A stretch of DNA of 63,917 nucleotides, the filler included, from Octopus bimaculoides (lineage: Eukaryota): the NCBI RefSeq assembly GCF_001194135.2. It is 7 parts of 6 records of this genome, joined end to end, with 100 filler letters (N's around TTAATTAATTAA, not from the genome) between each part and the next. Parts side by side here need not be neighbours in the genome. Positions count along the whole stretch, not along the records: positions 1 to 30,301 come from NC_068988.1; positions 30,402 to 41,085 come from NC_068985.1; 5 more parts are not named here. One strand, given 5' to 3'. A program made the translations under genes and the position numbers. Each line of letters begins with the position of its first letter. Within the stretch, counting starts at the first letter, position 1. Positions 26,389-38,689 of this stretch are shown piece by piece. Below the pieces are notes generated by a model that was not told where the DNA came from, did no database searches, and worked only from the letters and a program-made list of their open reading frames with translations.

Positions 26389-28640
26389 TCATTTGACACT
26401 GCTATAATTTCTGTTATTTCTGTTATGATTTCTGAGGGAATTCACTTTACTCATGTTGTTGCACAATGAACAGTGCTTACCTCTATTGCGGCTGTTCTTT
26501 AAGGTACAGCGTGCAGATACTCCAATGTTCGTTTTCTTGGAGTCAGAAATAGAGGTCAATAATTCTCTTATATTCTTATTCCGTGTAAAGGCTACAATAG
26601 GCTGCTGAGGAAACAACTGTTTGAAACGAGGATATTTTTTCGCCATATGCTGGTAACTTTGATGCAGCACTTTTGAAATGCCAGCAAAATGTCGGTGCCA
26701 GCTAATCACTAAAAGAATTGTGTCATATTTTGCATTGTGTTTGCTAAAATTATGTGTGAAGGTTTGACTATTTTTGCTAATCTTAGCTATTTCGTTTGCT
26801 ATTTCCATTAATCGTAATCCACTGTAACCGTGTTTGACATAATGATATACAAAAGCATTTGCATGTTTCCAGTAATCCCCTATATCAGTACAAATCCGTT
26901 TTACCTTCAAAAATTGGGATTTCGAATTTGACCGAATAAGATGATATGGATGATCGGAGCGGCGGTGGAGATAAATGTGGTATGACGTGGGCTTGCAAAA
27001 TAACTCTGTCATTATTCTGCCTCCAGAAAATTTGAATTTTGTGTCCAAAGATTCAACGCTAGTTTTGAAAAACTAGACGTAAATTTTGTTTAACTTAAAG
27101 CCATAGTTTCTAGCATAACAGTAAGAGAAATACAAGAAGTTCATTAAACTATTCTGTGATCCTTCCCAAACAAAAAATACGTCATTAATGAACCGTAACC
27201 AAAGTATTGGTTCATGACCATGAAGGGATTTGAATGACTTCAGTAACTGTGTCTCGAATTTCGTCATGAAGACATTAGCGAAATTAACTGCCATGGGGGT
27301 ACCCATGGGGCAACCCTTCGTCTGGTGGCAAAATCTTTGTCTAAACTTCATTGTGTTACTAACACAAACCTCAATAATCTACAGAGAAAATGTGATGGAA
27401 TACTTTTATTTGACCGCTTTTCGAAGGCATCCATGTATGCTTCTACCCCTTCATTGTGGTCAGTATTGGGATATTAGGAAGAAACATCCATGGTTACCCC
27501 AAAACAGTTCTCGACACGGCCTCGGTGCTTAAAAAAGTTGTATATTTTAGATACACAATCAAAGGTATCCCGAATATAGGAACATGATCGATTTACGACG
27601 GGAAGTAAAAAGACACCCAACCATTCCGAAATTATGTCCGTGCAACATTCATATTCGCTGCAAATTGGGCGCATTGGAGGAACTCTTTAAACTTTTTCGG
27701 TATTTTAGGGAGACCATAGAATGCAGGTGTTCTTTCTCACCGTAAAATATTAGATTCGGCCTTATTAACGAAATTGTTTTCTCCATTTCTAGAATTATTT
27801 TGTCAAGTTCCTCTCTATAATTGAGGTTTGGATCGACAGGTAATTCTTCCTATGAAGTTTTGTCATTTAAAACTTCTGCAAAAGCCGAAATATATTCACT
27901 TTTCTCCATAATTACGATAGCGCCTCCCGTATCCGCCATCTTAATAACATTAGAATCATTATTTGCTAGACGCCGGATTGCATAACGTTGGGAATTCTTT
28001 CCAGGACTTCTTTCCATAACTTCTTTCCACTTGTTTTAAGGCTTTCTCTAATGCCTGCCCGACAAGATTCATGAAATTCCAGTAGTGCTTGTGAACGTCC
28101 ATCCCGAATTTTATCTGGATGCCGATTGCGATTCTTTTCAATCCAATTATGCCTGATTCGATCATCATTTTTATTTTCGGTAAGCGTAGGGTTCTTTGAC
28201 TCTTCGTTACCAGTTTTTTCAAAAAATTCTTTCAGCTTCTGACGGCGGACAAACTGAAATAACCCTTGAGCTAGTTTATTCTGATCGAAATTCTTAGCGC
28301 CTGGGCAAAAAAAAACTCAGTCCAAGATCTAAGACTGAGACATCATCGGGCGAAAGTTTTAGTTTAGATAAATTTATGACCGACGTATTCTCTAGTGTGA
28401 TGGTTTCTCTCGGGGAAGTGGTTTTCAGAGTCTTATTCTGATTAGATTCATGACTACATTTTGGGCTTTGCTCGAAATTTTCACTTAAAACGCGGAACCT
28501 ATTGGGCAATAAAATTTTATTCTGAATGTTTATATGAGAAGTTATAAATTTTAATCGTCTTTCTAGGGGTAATCTATTTCTGGGTGGGTGATAGAAAGTG
28601 AGTGACTTCTGTTTTTGTAGACATTTAAGAAATCTTTACT
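26389..28640 (-). mobile_element. Penelope-like element (C-terminal GIY-YIG type, probably Neptune-like): decayed N-terminus, RT, thumb and Cys linker
   Basis: Frameshifted fragments in the correct order: VINLSKLKLSPDDVSVLDLGLSF (PLE N-terminal motif); VIKMADTGGAIVIME; PAFYGLPKIP..PPMRPICS; VTMDVSS*YPN; QTKGCPMGTPMAVNFANVFM; WLRFINDVFFVW (IDD motif, one D>N); thumb PYHLIRSNSKSQFLKVKRIC; linker RGKHCSLC. Confidence 0.93.
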
Positions 28641-29135
28641 TTCAGGAAAGAAACTAATTTATTGTTTTCGAGGCAAAATCTTAAATGTGCTCGCATTTTT
28701 GATTGATCATATAAAAACTTCTCTGGAGCGTTTCCAATGACCAGTTCAAATGCATACGCCAGGGCAAAAAGGCCCCGATCATATGCGCCAACTTGGAGAT
28801 TAATTATATGAACTTGTTGAATTGTAGGAATAATGTTTGTTTGTGGTGAATACAACGTTGTTATTTGTGCCATTAGTTCCTGCGAAACTGATAAGTTCAA
28901 ACTGTCATGAATATAAACATCTTCGAAACAATTGGTTGACAAAACAAAAGGATTGTTCCTGGTATGATGAATGAACAGTGTGTAGTGCGGATTGTATGTT
29001 AGAAATTCCGTGTGAAAAAAAAGGGTTGGTTGTATTGGAATTTCTGGAAAATTTTAAGCCGGACGTCAATGAGATTATCACATAACATTTGTCCTGAAAG
29101 TAAAAAGTTTTCTCATATTTCAAACCAAATCTTCT
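28625..29135 (-). pseudogene. Decayed Ulp1/SENP-like (peptidase C48 fold) domain at the 5' end of the PLE
   Basis: LLSGQMLCDNLID...(frameshift)...FIHHTRNNPFVLSTNCFEDVYIHDSLN...IQQVHIINLQVGAYDRGLFALAYAFELVIGNAPEKFLYDQSKMRAHLRFCLENNKL. This follows the H.G..HW(F)V / IYDSL / Q.G..DCGLFA.A / YDQ..MR.HL..C pattern. The catalytic His and Cys positions read P and R. Confidence 0.75.
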
Positions 29136-30037
29136 CAGTTACCAGCATGTGGCGAAAAAATATCCTCGTTTCAAACAGTTATTTCCTCAGCCGCCTATTT
29201 TAGCCTTTACACGAAATAAGAATATAAGAGAATTATTGACCTCTATTTTGGACTTCAAGAAAACGAACATTGGAGTATCTGCACTCTCTACCTTAAAGAA
29301 CACCCGCAATAGAGGTAAGCCCTGTTCATTATGCAACAACATGAGTGAAGTGAATTCCATCAGAAATCATAATAGAAATGTTAAGATTTATACAGAAGGT
29401 GTAACATGTAAAGATTCCCATTTGGTGTACGCTACAGAATGCACGAAACACAACTTGATTTTTTGTTGGTTGTACAACAGAAAACTTAGACAGAAGGTTT
29501 AATGGGCACAGATTCGACGTCAAACGCAATAACAGTAGTTCAACAGAACTTGCTGAACATTTCGTTTCAAGCGGCTGCAATTTTGAAGAAGACTTGAAAG
29601 TGCATATTCTCAGAAAATATTCTGAATCTGCTTTACTTTCACTTCTCAGAATGTATGAGGAGAAATATGTTTTTGTGGGTTACTAACATTACGCCCTGGC
29701 GGAATGAATAAGATGACAGGAGAATATCATCAAATTTAAACAAAACTGTCTGATTAAATATTCTTCTTTTTCTCGTTTTTCTTTCCTTTTTTCTGTCGTC
29801 TTCATTTTTCTGTATGTTCCTGTCTCTTTCTTTTCGCCTATTATAAAATTGTAACTTAAAAACTGATGTCATTCCATCAACGCGTGGACGCTAGTTGCTC
29901 TCATTCATACTTTACGTTAAAATTTCTATAATTTTGAATTTTAATTTTTATCACTTATTTTGAACCTGACAAAGACAGACTTATTGTTGAAATATCATTC
30001 TACCAATAAAATATCTATTGAAATCAAATCGCACTCT
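29136..30037 (+). mobile_element. PLE 3' end (linker, GIY-YIG endonuclease, pseudo-LTR), inverted relative to 26389-29135
   Basis: AKKYPRFKQLFPQPPILAFTRNKNIRELL...RGKPCSLC...LVYATECTKHNLIF(fs)VGCTTENLDRRFNGHRFDVK...ELAEHF. The first ~240 nt match 26415-26660 on the opposite strand (about 16 mismatches, manual count). It ends at aataaa followed by (TTC)n(TTA)n. Confidence 0.92.
29962..30000 (+). ncRNA. Decayed minimal type I hammerhead ribozyme in the PLE pseudo-LTR
   Basis: gaac-CTGACAA-a-gaca-gacttat-tgtt-GAAA-tatc-attc. Three CpG-type back-mutations give gaac-CUGACGA-a-gaca...uguc-GAAA-uAUC/guuc. PLE pseudo-LTRs are known to carry such motifs. Confidence 0.7.
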
Positions 30038-30204
<167 letters not shown>

Positions 30205-30301
30205 TATGTTTGACTTTTGTTCTTCCTTTGTACAAGTTGGATCCAAGTCTCACCCATAGACCTCAAGAGACAACAAGTTAGAAGTTCATGTAGGTGTTAT
30301 G

Positions 30302-30401
30302 NNNNNNNNNNNNNNNNNNNNNNNNNNNNNNNNNNNNNNNNNNNNTTAATTAATTAANNNNNNNNNNNNNNNNNNNNNNNNNNNNNNNNNNNNNNNNNNN
30401 N
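30302..30401. other. Artificial scaffold linker: 44 N + TTAATTAATTAA + 44 N
   Basis: Exactly 100 bp. The palindromic 12-mer at 30346-30357 has stops in all six frames. An identical cassette occurs six times in the window. Confidence 0.97.
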
Positions 30402-30459
30402 AATACTATTTGTCAGATGTATTAACTTCAGTTCACCTCTTTCTAGATTTTTAATTCAG

Positions 30460-30551
30460 ACGTGTTCGGTGTATACAGACGCGATTTAAATGCCTGGATT
30501 GCCGAGAAATTAAAATGGTTTCAATTCTTCGCTGAATTGAATAGAATTTCC
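30460..30551 (+). CDS. Candidate exon (DVFGVYRRDLNAWIAEKLKWFQFFAELNRIS)
   Basis: Acceptor ctctttctagatttttaattcag| and donor tcc|gtatga; open, phase 1 to phase 0. No homology recognised. Confidence 0.3.
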
Positions 30552-31796
30552 GTATGAAAAACTGTGTTTAGGAAAATTATAATTTATCAGCAAGCGAATA
30601 TTTGGCAGCTCACCAGCAGGAGATAGCAGAAACAATTTCTTAGCATTATACGGTATAGTGGTGAAGATGGAATTATTATATTAGGTTATGATGTGATGTC
30701 TGACTCTACAGAGACAGAATGGCAATGGTAGAATTCATTCCATTGATGATGAAACAACTTCAAAAATCTACATAAATATACCTACTTACATGCATATATC
30801 TATAAAGTAATCTGTTTGTTCGTTCGTCCGTTATACTTTAGTTGGTGAGAGTGGTGGAGGCGGAGTGAGTGGCAGGTGGAGTAAAGTGAGAGAGAGTGTT
30901 GGGGAGGAATGTGAATAGAAAAGAAAGAAAGGAATGCAATAATACACTGAGGCTAAATGCATCACGTGGTTATGTGAAGGGAGGGGCGAAGAGAGAGAGA
31001 CAGAAAAAGACAGTGGCAGAAATGAAGGAGACACAAAAGAGGGCGACAGACGTGTTAGCGACGTCGGTAGTGTGTGGAGGGAAAGGTAATGTGAAAGAGA
31101 TATGTTTAGGATAAAATATTCAACAGCGGTTCATGTTCTAGTGGTGAGATTAAAGAAAGGCAGATAGACAGAGATGGTCAGAGGAGGCAGTTACACTGAG
31201 AAAAAGAGAAAGAGAAATAGAGAGTTTGAATTGACAGATTAGATATACATCGATAGCAACAAAAATAGATACAAGCAAAGGGCTGAACGAAAATGAAATG
31301 AGCTTTGTAACTGAAAACTCTAGTGGTAGTGGTGGTGGTTGTGGTGGTGGTGACGGGGACGGTGTTGGTGGTGTCTTGATATCGGACAGTATTTTTATGG
31401 AACTAAATTTATAATATATTTTTTCTACCTGTTCGTAGAATAATAATAATAATATAGTTTGTGAAACAAGAGGAGGAGGTGGCGTGAGGGAGGAAGAGGG
31501 AATGTGAGACTGAGTGAAAGAGCAGATAGCCAGTGGATACATTATGCTGTCACTCATGTGGTTAGTGGATGTGAGAGGTGAAGAGAAAGGGATGAATGCT
31601 AAAGACAAGAAGAAGGGAATTCCAGGTGAAAAAATTTGATGAGGACCGAAGGGAACGACTGAAATGTTACAGACATGAAAATGGGTTTTCGATGGTTAAA
31701 TCGTTTGTGAAAAGGCGTTCGATCATATAATAATATAGATAATATATAAATATATGCATATCTCCATACATATATGTTCATGCCTACATATATATG

Positions 31797-31830
<34 letters not shown>

Positions 31831-32485
31831 NNNNNNNNNNNNNNNNNNNNNNNNNNNNNNNNNNNNNNNNNNNNNNNNNNNNNNNNNNNNNNNNNNNNNN
31901 NNNNNNNNNNNNNNNNNNNNNNNNNNNNNNNNNNNNNNNNNNNNNNNNNNNNNNNNNNNNNNNNNNNNNNNNNNNNNNNNNNNNNNNNNNNNNNNNNNNN
32001 NNNNNNNNNNNNNNNNNNNNNNNNNNNNNNNNNNNNNNNNNNNNNNNNNNNNNNNNNNNNNNNNNNNNNNNNNNNNNNNNNNNNNNNNNNNNNNNNNNNN
32101 NNNNNNNNNNNNNNNNNNNNNNNNNNNNNNNNNNNNNNNNNNNNNNNNNNNNNNNNNNNNNNNNNNNNNNNNNNNNNNNNNNNNNNNNNNNNNNNNNNNN
32201 NNNNNNNNNNNNNNNNNNNNNNNNNNNNNNNNNNNNNNNNNNNNNNNNNNNNNNNNNNNNNNNNNNNNNNNNNNNNNNNNNNNNNNNNNNNNNNNNNNNN
32301 NNNNNNNNNNNNNNNNNNNNNNNNNNNNNNNNNNNNNNNNNNNNNNNNNNNNNNNNNNNNNNNNNNNNNNNNNNNNNNNNNNNNNNNNNNNNNNNNNNNN
32401 NNNNNNNNNNNNNNNNNNNATATATATATATATGTACATACCTACATATATATTTATATATACATGCATATATGGGTACAGGACA

Positions 32486-32705
32486 TTAAAAAAACGTTAA
32501 ACACAATGAGAAACGAAAACATAGAAAACGAACTTTTTTTCGAACAACGAAAAAAACAGAGAAGTGAGACAAGCAACATAAAGTGTATACCCCTTCGTCA
32601 GATGTCCCTGTTTCATCTACTCCGCATTTCGAAAGCAAAGACAATACGCGACTTCGTTGAACCAGTCCTTCCCGCAAAGCAAATTAAATAAAAATTTGGA
32701 ATAAC
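32486..32705 (-). mobile_element. Probable PLE-derived 3' or pseudo-LTR-like repeat fragment
   Basis: Minus strand has ctgacgaag and tttcgaaatgc hammerhead-like half motifs followed by a T-rich 3'UTR-like stretch. No complete fold is present. Confidence 0.35.
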
Positions 32706-35114
32706 AAAGCTTTATATTTTCCATGCCATCCGTAGAAGAACAATAGCCGAAACGTTAGATGTCGATGCTTCCTCATGATATAAAATATATTGTATTCTTT
32801 CTCCCGATTTTGTTATCATTGGTAAACAAAGGACGTTGTCAGTTTCCCAGTTTTCTTTAGCTGTATTCATAAGCCAATAGTCTGTCTCCATATTCACGTA
32901 CGTACATGTATTCTGTTGATAAAGATATGTCGAGATATAGAATTCGAAGAAGTATTCATATAAAAGATATAAATAAATACATTATATTTATTGCTTTTAT
33001 CCAGTGAATGCTCAGGGCCACGTCGCTATATTGAATGTATTTAGGAAGTTAGTGATAAATTTCTGTAAACTTTCTCGTGACAAGCCAAGCAGTTATATTC
33101 TTGAAATGAAAAGTTAAAAAAAGGAATATATCAGATTCCTTTACATTCCTTAGAGAAAATTCTAATAGAAATAGCAAACCTAAGACAAATATTATTACAA
33201 CCCACTCTAATGAGGCTGTGCCAATTCTACAGATCACTGAATAGCAAACATTATTATTTTGAATGTATGAAAATAGAGAAAAATAGAAAAGGAAACAAGT
33301 GCCTGGACGCATATCTGCTTAGTTATTGGAGTATGGTGAAACAAGATGAAATAAAACCCTCAAAGGAAATATAAATGATAAATTCGTTTCTTAGAAGGGT
33401 AAGATGGAGATTCAAGAAATTCAAGAATGAAATAAATAGAAAAGAACTGACACCAAATAACATATATTTTATATCTTGTATTTCCCAAGAAAATATTCTC
33501 TAAAATTTGCTGCTGTAAAAGAATATTAGAAATTGAACAAAAATAATAACGGGATCAGGTTACATTCACGCTAAAATCGACTCAACTATTTGAGATGCGT
33601 TTTTCTTCAGTTTTCTATATATATTCTCAATTATTTTTTTCTAGTTGCTGTTGTACTATTCCATCAATTTTTTGTTATATAGCCTGGGTCAGGTGTGATC
33701 ATTCAGTCTTATGACAGGAGTGATACACTGGTTGTTTATTGGTGGTTTTCTATATGCTGAACATGTGCTATAGCAGTCAGTCAATTACTCAATGCTGTTG
33801 TTCGTTGTAATATCTATAATATTCTTTATTTCCGTAAACATCGCGACTATTACGTGGTTAAAGTATATTCCATCCATTTTCTTCTATAACATCGCTACAT
33901 TCAGCTGCCAGGTATCTTCTTTTATGCATATGCAAACCCTTCCATTGCTGTTGAGGTATGATTAAACATATCTGTCATACTCCCTTTTGTGTACAATTAC
34001 GCTTGCGTATATTTGAGTTACGTTGCTATAGAAATGTGTAACGTGGTACTTGCTTATGCCTACCATCTTTCTCTCTCAAAGAAAATACTTTTGCCTGGAA
34101 TAGCAGTGAACTTCACTCCACGCGTGAGCTAATTTCTAGTTGCATTTGAATAATTTATCATCCTGGAATCCGGAAACAATTGTGATGACGTTATCCATTC
34201 CTCTGTGTTAATATTTATTAAAGGTGAATTCATCGAATTATTTAATCATAACACTCGAATATCATGGTATTTCCATCTGAACAAATGTAATAGTTAAACT
34301 ACAATATACTATGATCTATAAGGTTCGAGTGAATAAGGATATGTTAAAACTGTAACAGACATTTCAAATTCTAATAATATTATGTTTAACTCTCAAATAT
34401 ATTTTACGAACAATTCAGAAAAATTACTTGTTTTGTTATTTTATTTATTTATTTAACAAATATCACTTCTTTTCATACGAGGTGCATCTTGACTGTGCAA
34501 ATAATAAATAGAGCCACTTTCGTTGTAAGTACATCTAATTTTCTCTAATGTTTCCATCGACTTCTCATACATATTTTGGCACCCAAAATATAAGTATGAC
34601 ATATTGTTTGCCGACTGGATCACGTTGAGAAATGCTATTTTTTATGCTATTCGATTTCTTGTTGCCTTTTTCTGTGGTTGTTTTTTTTTATTTATTGAAA
34701 CTATTTTCTAATGTTGAGTTTTTATGCTACTTTACATACATTTAGGCCTTGGATTAACTTTTCTCTGTAATTATATCCAACACCGTTTACGCATTGGAGG
34801 CATTCAGTTCTCTTCTTGTCAGTGCTTTTTCCGTTTCCAGGATATATGTATGCAATGAGAGTTATTGTGTGAATAAATGTGTAGACACACATATTTATTT
34901 TATCATATCTATGTTCTTCACGCTAATTCGTTCCCACAGTGTGAAACATATATTACATATTTGTAGATTTTAAACGTAATTTGGATGTGGTCAGCTTTTA
35001 TATCGTTTCAATTTATTACATAGTTCATACTTAACTGTGTTTGAGCAAAATTTCACAACTGCAGTATTCCAAAATAAATCTACATCGTTTCAGGAAGTAT
35101 TTCATCAATTCAGC

Positions 35115-35323
35115 TATAAGAGGAGTGCTAAAAATTTCAAAGGTATCACGAAAGGCCAGGCTGGAGGCCCAACCTTCCGAGTTCTTTTACAGGGGTAGAA
35201 AAACTGAAGGAGCGCTGCAATAATTTTGTGGATATGAAAGGGGAATATTTTGAATATAATAATTAACTATTCCTCTTGTATTTTCTTTTACCCAAAGCCA
35301 AGAATTTAGTAGCATCCCTCGTA
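35115..35323 (+). mobile_element. Internally deleted mariner-type element (MITE-like)
   Basis: Imperfect TIRs (tataagaggagtgctaaaaatt versus reverse complement tacgagggatgctactaaatt). The internal FYRG...ERC.....KGEY remnant resembles a mariner transposase C-terminus. Confidence 0.6.
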
Positions 35324-35903
35324 TATCTACGTTTAGAAACAGCACAATATTTTACGAATAGAGCAATGTTAACATATTTTCAGTGTAATCTAATGTATTT
35401 ATGAGACTTTCAAAACTCATTGTAAGCATTTAACATTATAAGTTACAGGCTTGTAATTTGTTTATGCTGACTACAGATAAATGGGATTGGCGTACCTGTC
35501 ATATATTTCGCCAGCATACAATTGTCAATTATCTTTTTTTCACTTCATTCAAAATTTAATGAAATTGCATTTCGTGGAATTCATCTAAATTATTGCGCAG
35601 AAAAAACAATAATTCTATGTCAGACCATATTAGTAGTGTTTTCAGGAGTAATTAAATAGAGATGTTGGAGGCAAGTTATCAAAATTTAATAGATAACAAG
35701 AAAGCAAACGTACATAGCTTATGACATTCTCATTTACATTAATGCTGAAAGTTAGGATAATGAACGTCTACCAAAAATTGTATTTAGTGTGACGGCATTT
35801 AATACTAGGATATACATATAATATACTTCACTCGTAATAGAACCTTTCTTACAGAGGAATATACATAATATAACTTTTCATCGGGTAATATATAATGGAT
35901 ATA

Positions 35904-36105
35904 AGACAGCAAGCTGGCAGAAACGTTAGCACGCCGGGCGAAATGCTAGCAGTTGTCTTTACGTTCTGATTTCAAATTCCACCGTGACTTTGCCTTTCAT
36001 CCTTTCAGGGTCGAAAACTTAAGTACGAGTTGCGTACTGTGGTCGATATAATCGACTGACCCTCTCCCCCCAAATTTCGTGCCTTGTGCCTAGAGTAGAA
36101 AGAAT
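35904..36105 (+). mobile_element. Deu/Nin-SINE, near full length
   Basis: agctggcagaaacgttagcacgccgggcgaaatgc...gactttgcctttcatcctttcagggtcg...ccttgtgcctagagtagaaag. Confidence 0.9.
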
Positions 36106-36804
36106 GTATATTGGATAAGAATGAACAGCTTTCCAACACTATATTTTTATCAAATAAACGGATTTGTGTTAACATTATTTATATGATGGTTTAGATAACG
36201 CCTGTGATGCCATCATCTTGGCAGGTGAAATTAATAGTTCCGAATTTGCAACACTATAATGTATTTTTTCATTCCTTCGGTGCAATTGAATTTCTTTTTT
36301 TTTATGCAAAATAGAGTCAGGGAAATGAGTAACAACTCCACCTGATTATTTCAGTCTCGAAAGCTCCCACAGATTCAGATTCCCTTATATAGTATCAGAA
36401 AGGATGCTATATGTAGATATGTGCAATGCAATTTGGATTTGATATTACATATATATAATTTGTGATATCATATATTACAGTTATTATGTATTAGTGATAT
36501 AAAATGCAGATATATATTTTCTTGCTAAGACTTAAATGAAAAACGATGTTTTTTTCTTCATGGTAAATGCAATTACTAAGTTAGATTCTACCTTTGATTT
36601 GCAAGAAAGCTTTCTAAATGAAGAGAGGTAGTAGGGCGTTTTCTAACTTAACAATCAACCACTTCAACCGTGGTCTCCTGATTCGGAAGAGCGAAGATTG
36701 ATTTCAAAAGTTTTTTTTCAACTGATATCTTACCATATAGTCATCCGTTACATGTTTCTATGAGTGAAAGCGACGAATTCTTTTGGCAAGTCCATGTCAA
36801 GATA

Positions 36805-36932
36805 TACGCGGGGTGTATGACAAATTTTGAGCTTTCAAGGCTTTTGAGCCTTGAAGTCTTGTACCTTCATCAGAAATCTTGTAACATGTTTTGCTTTTTT
36901 TGAAGCTCAAGTCTTTAGGTACACCCCTCGTA
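36805..36932. mobile_element. ~128-bp Tc1/mariner MITE
   Basis: TA-flanked TIRs: TAcgcggggtgtatgacaaattttgagc and gctcaagtctttaggtacacccctcgTA. Confidence 0.8.
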
Positions 36933-38631
36933 CATCAACACCAGTGTCATGATAGTGGCTTCAATAATTTTTACCCAACGCTGTTTAATTTACACAGAGA
37001 ACCATTGTAGAATTATATATTGCAAAGCATTTATTAACACTTAGTTGTCCTTGATACGAATTACACATTAATTTTAATAGAAAATATATTTTCTATATTC
37101 CCCTCAAAGGTAACTAAACACCACCAGTCTTCTCAGTTTTCTTTCATTACATTTTTCTTTAACTCATCAACACCTGCTTTGCCTCCGTTATATATCGCTG
37201 GCAGCAAATAATAATTATAATAAATTAAGTGTAATTGCTTAAGATATTTATAAAATAAGACATGTCAATTTATATTTCTTTATTATTTATTTCATATATT
37301 TTTAACGGTTTTCTAATTAAACAAAATTATGATTCCTCAAGCTAGTTTTCCAATTATTAAATGATGTTGAAAAATAACACAATATAAAAATCGGTATTAT
37401 TCAAGAACTGTGCACTGTTTATAAATTGTTCGTAAGTTTATAAATTATAAACGAATAGTTTTGATATTTCTTGTGACTGTACCGATTGTGAAATCTGAGT
37501 GCTTATACATTTTCTAAAACAGAGGAATTAAAAGTTACTAAAGGAAAAAAAAAAAAAACCAAAACGTATGTAATGTTATATGTTGTCAAATTTACCTACA
37601 CCACTCTGAGACTGCCTGGAAACATGTCCCCCTTGAAGAATTCATATAACACGTGTTTCTCAAGCATAAATTATTATTTCTACAAGTTCGTTGTAAACCT
37701 TATTGAATGACTGTGATTTAAACGAAGTCTACCACTGTTTTAGCCAATGCAAATGTCTTCCTCAGAACAATATGAAGTGGGATGCAATTTTTGTAGCCTT
37801 TGACATTTCGTCGTTAGATTGCTGTGTAAATAGTGTTCGGTTTCAATATATAGACGCTTTAGAAAATATGGTTTTCTGTAAGTTCGTGCCAAGTATGTAC
37901 TTAGGAAACTTACACCCGATTTGAAGGACAGAAAGGGGGGATATTTTATAACTTCTGGATGCCAAATAAAGGTACATATTTTAATTTATTTTACCTAATG
38001 ACATGGACTGAAATTTAGACATATATTTATGACCTAGCCGTAGCCTATAGAACGTTATGATATTGAGTAAAGTATTAGCGCTCATTAATAAAATGTGACG
38101 GTGAATTAATTTGATTATGACAAAGGCAAATTTTGTATCTATTCTGAGTTTTAAAATTCTTACAGGAACAGTTAGACTGAACAGGAATCTGAAACGATAC
38201 CCTGACAATACACTACAACATCCATTTTGGTAGTTTATTAGGTATTCAATATGTTGATCTGCTTGATGCTCTGCCATTTAGCAAACAGTCTCTCTATATA
38301 GCCCTCCTATTTCTATATGTGCTGTGCATTGAAAGATAATCCTTAGAAACAAAGATTTATATCACAGTGGAAGGGAATCTGCTGTGAAAACATAGGTACA
38401 ACAGTGCAGATGGGAAACATAATGAATAGCCATTATTTAAATTCAAGATAAGGAGCATGCATCGCTGGTAATGGAAATTGTGTTATGTAGTAAAGGAAGA
38501 TTACGTTATGTATATAGGAAGCAATATATTTTCTGTATATGCAATTTGAAACCATCTATCTCGATTCTTCCATTCGTTCTCGTCTATTTTGCATTTCTTG
38601 CGAGACATGCCTTTTAACTAAAAGTTTTAAT

Positions 38632-38689
38632 ATCTTCCTGTTCAAAAAGGACGAAACTAAATCTTCCTGTTCAAAAAGGACAAAACTAA
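38632..38689. repeat. 29-bp tandem duplication
   Basis: atcttcctgttcaaaaaggacRaaactaa x2. Confidence 0.95.

Noticed and set aside
28635-29104. Exact 13-bp inverted repeat (tttactttcagga) flanking the Ulp1-like segment, as TIRs of a separate insertion
   Set aside because: The protease-like frame continues past 29104 to the inversion junction at about 29135, and there is no TSD. It is probably chance in AT-rich DNA, though it is worth rechecking if the protease proves not to be part of the PLE.
32580-32680. Third hammerhead ribozyme
   Set aside because: CTGACGAAG is present on the minus strand but is not followed by a closing stem II and GAAA.
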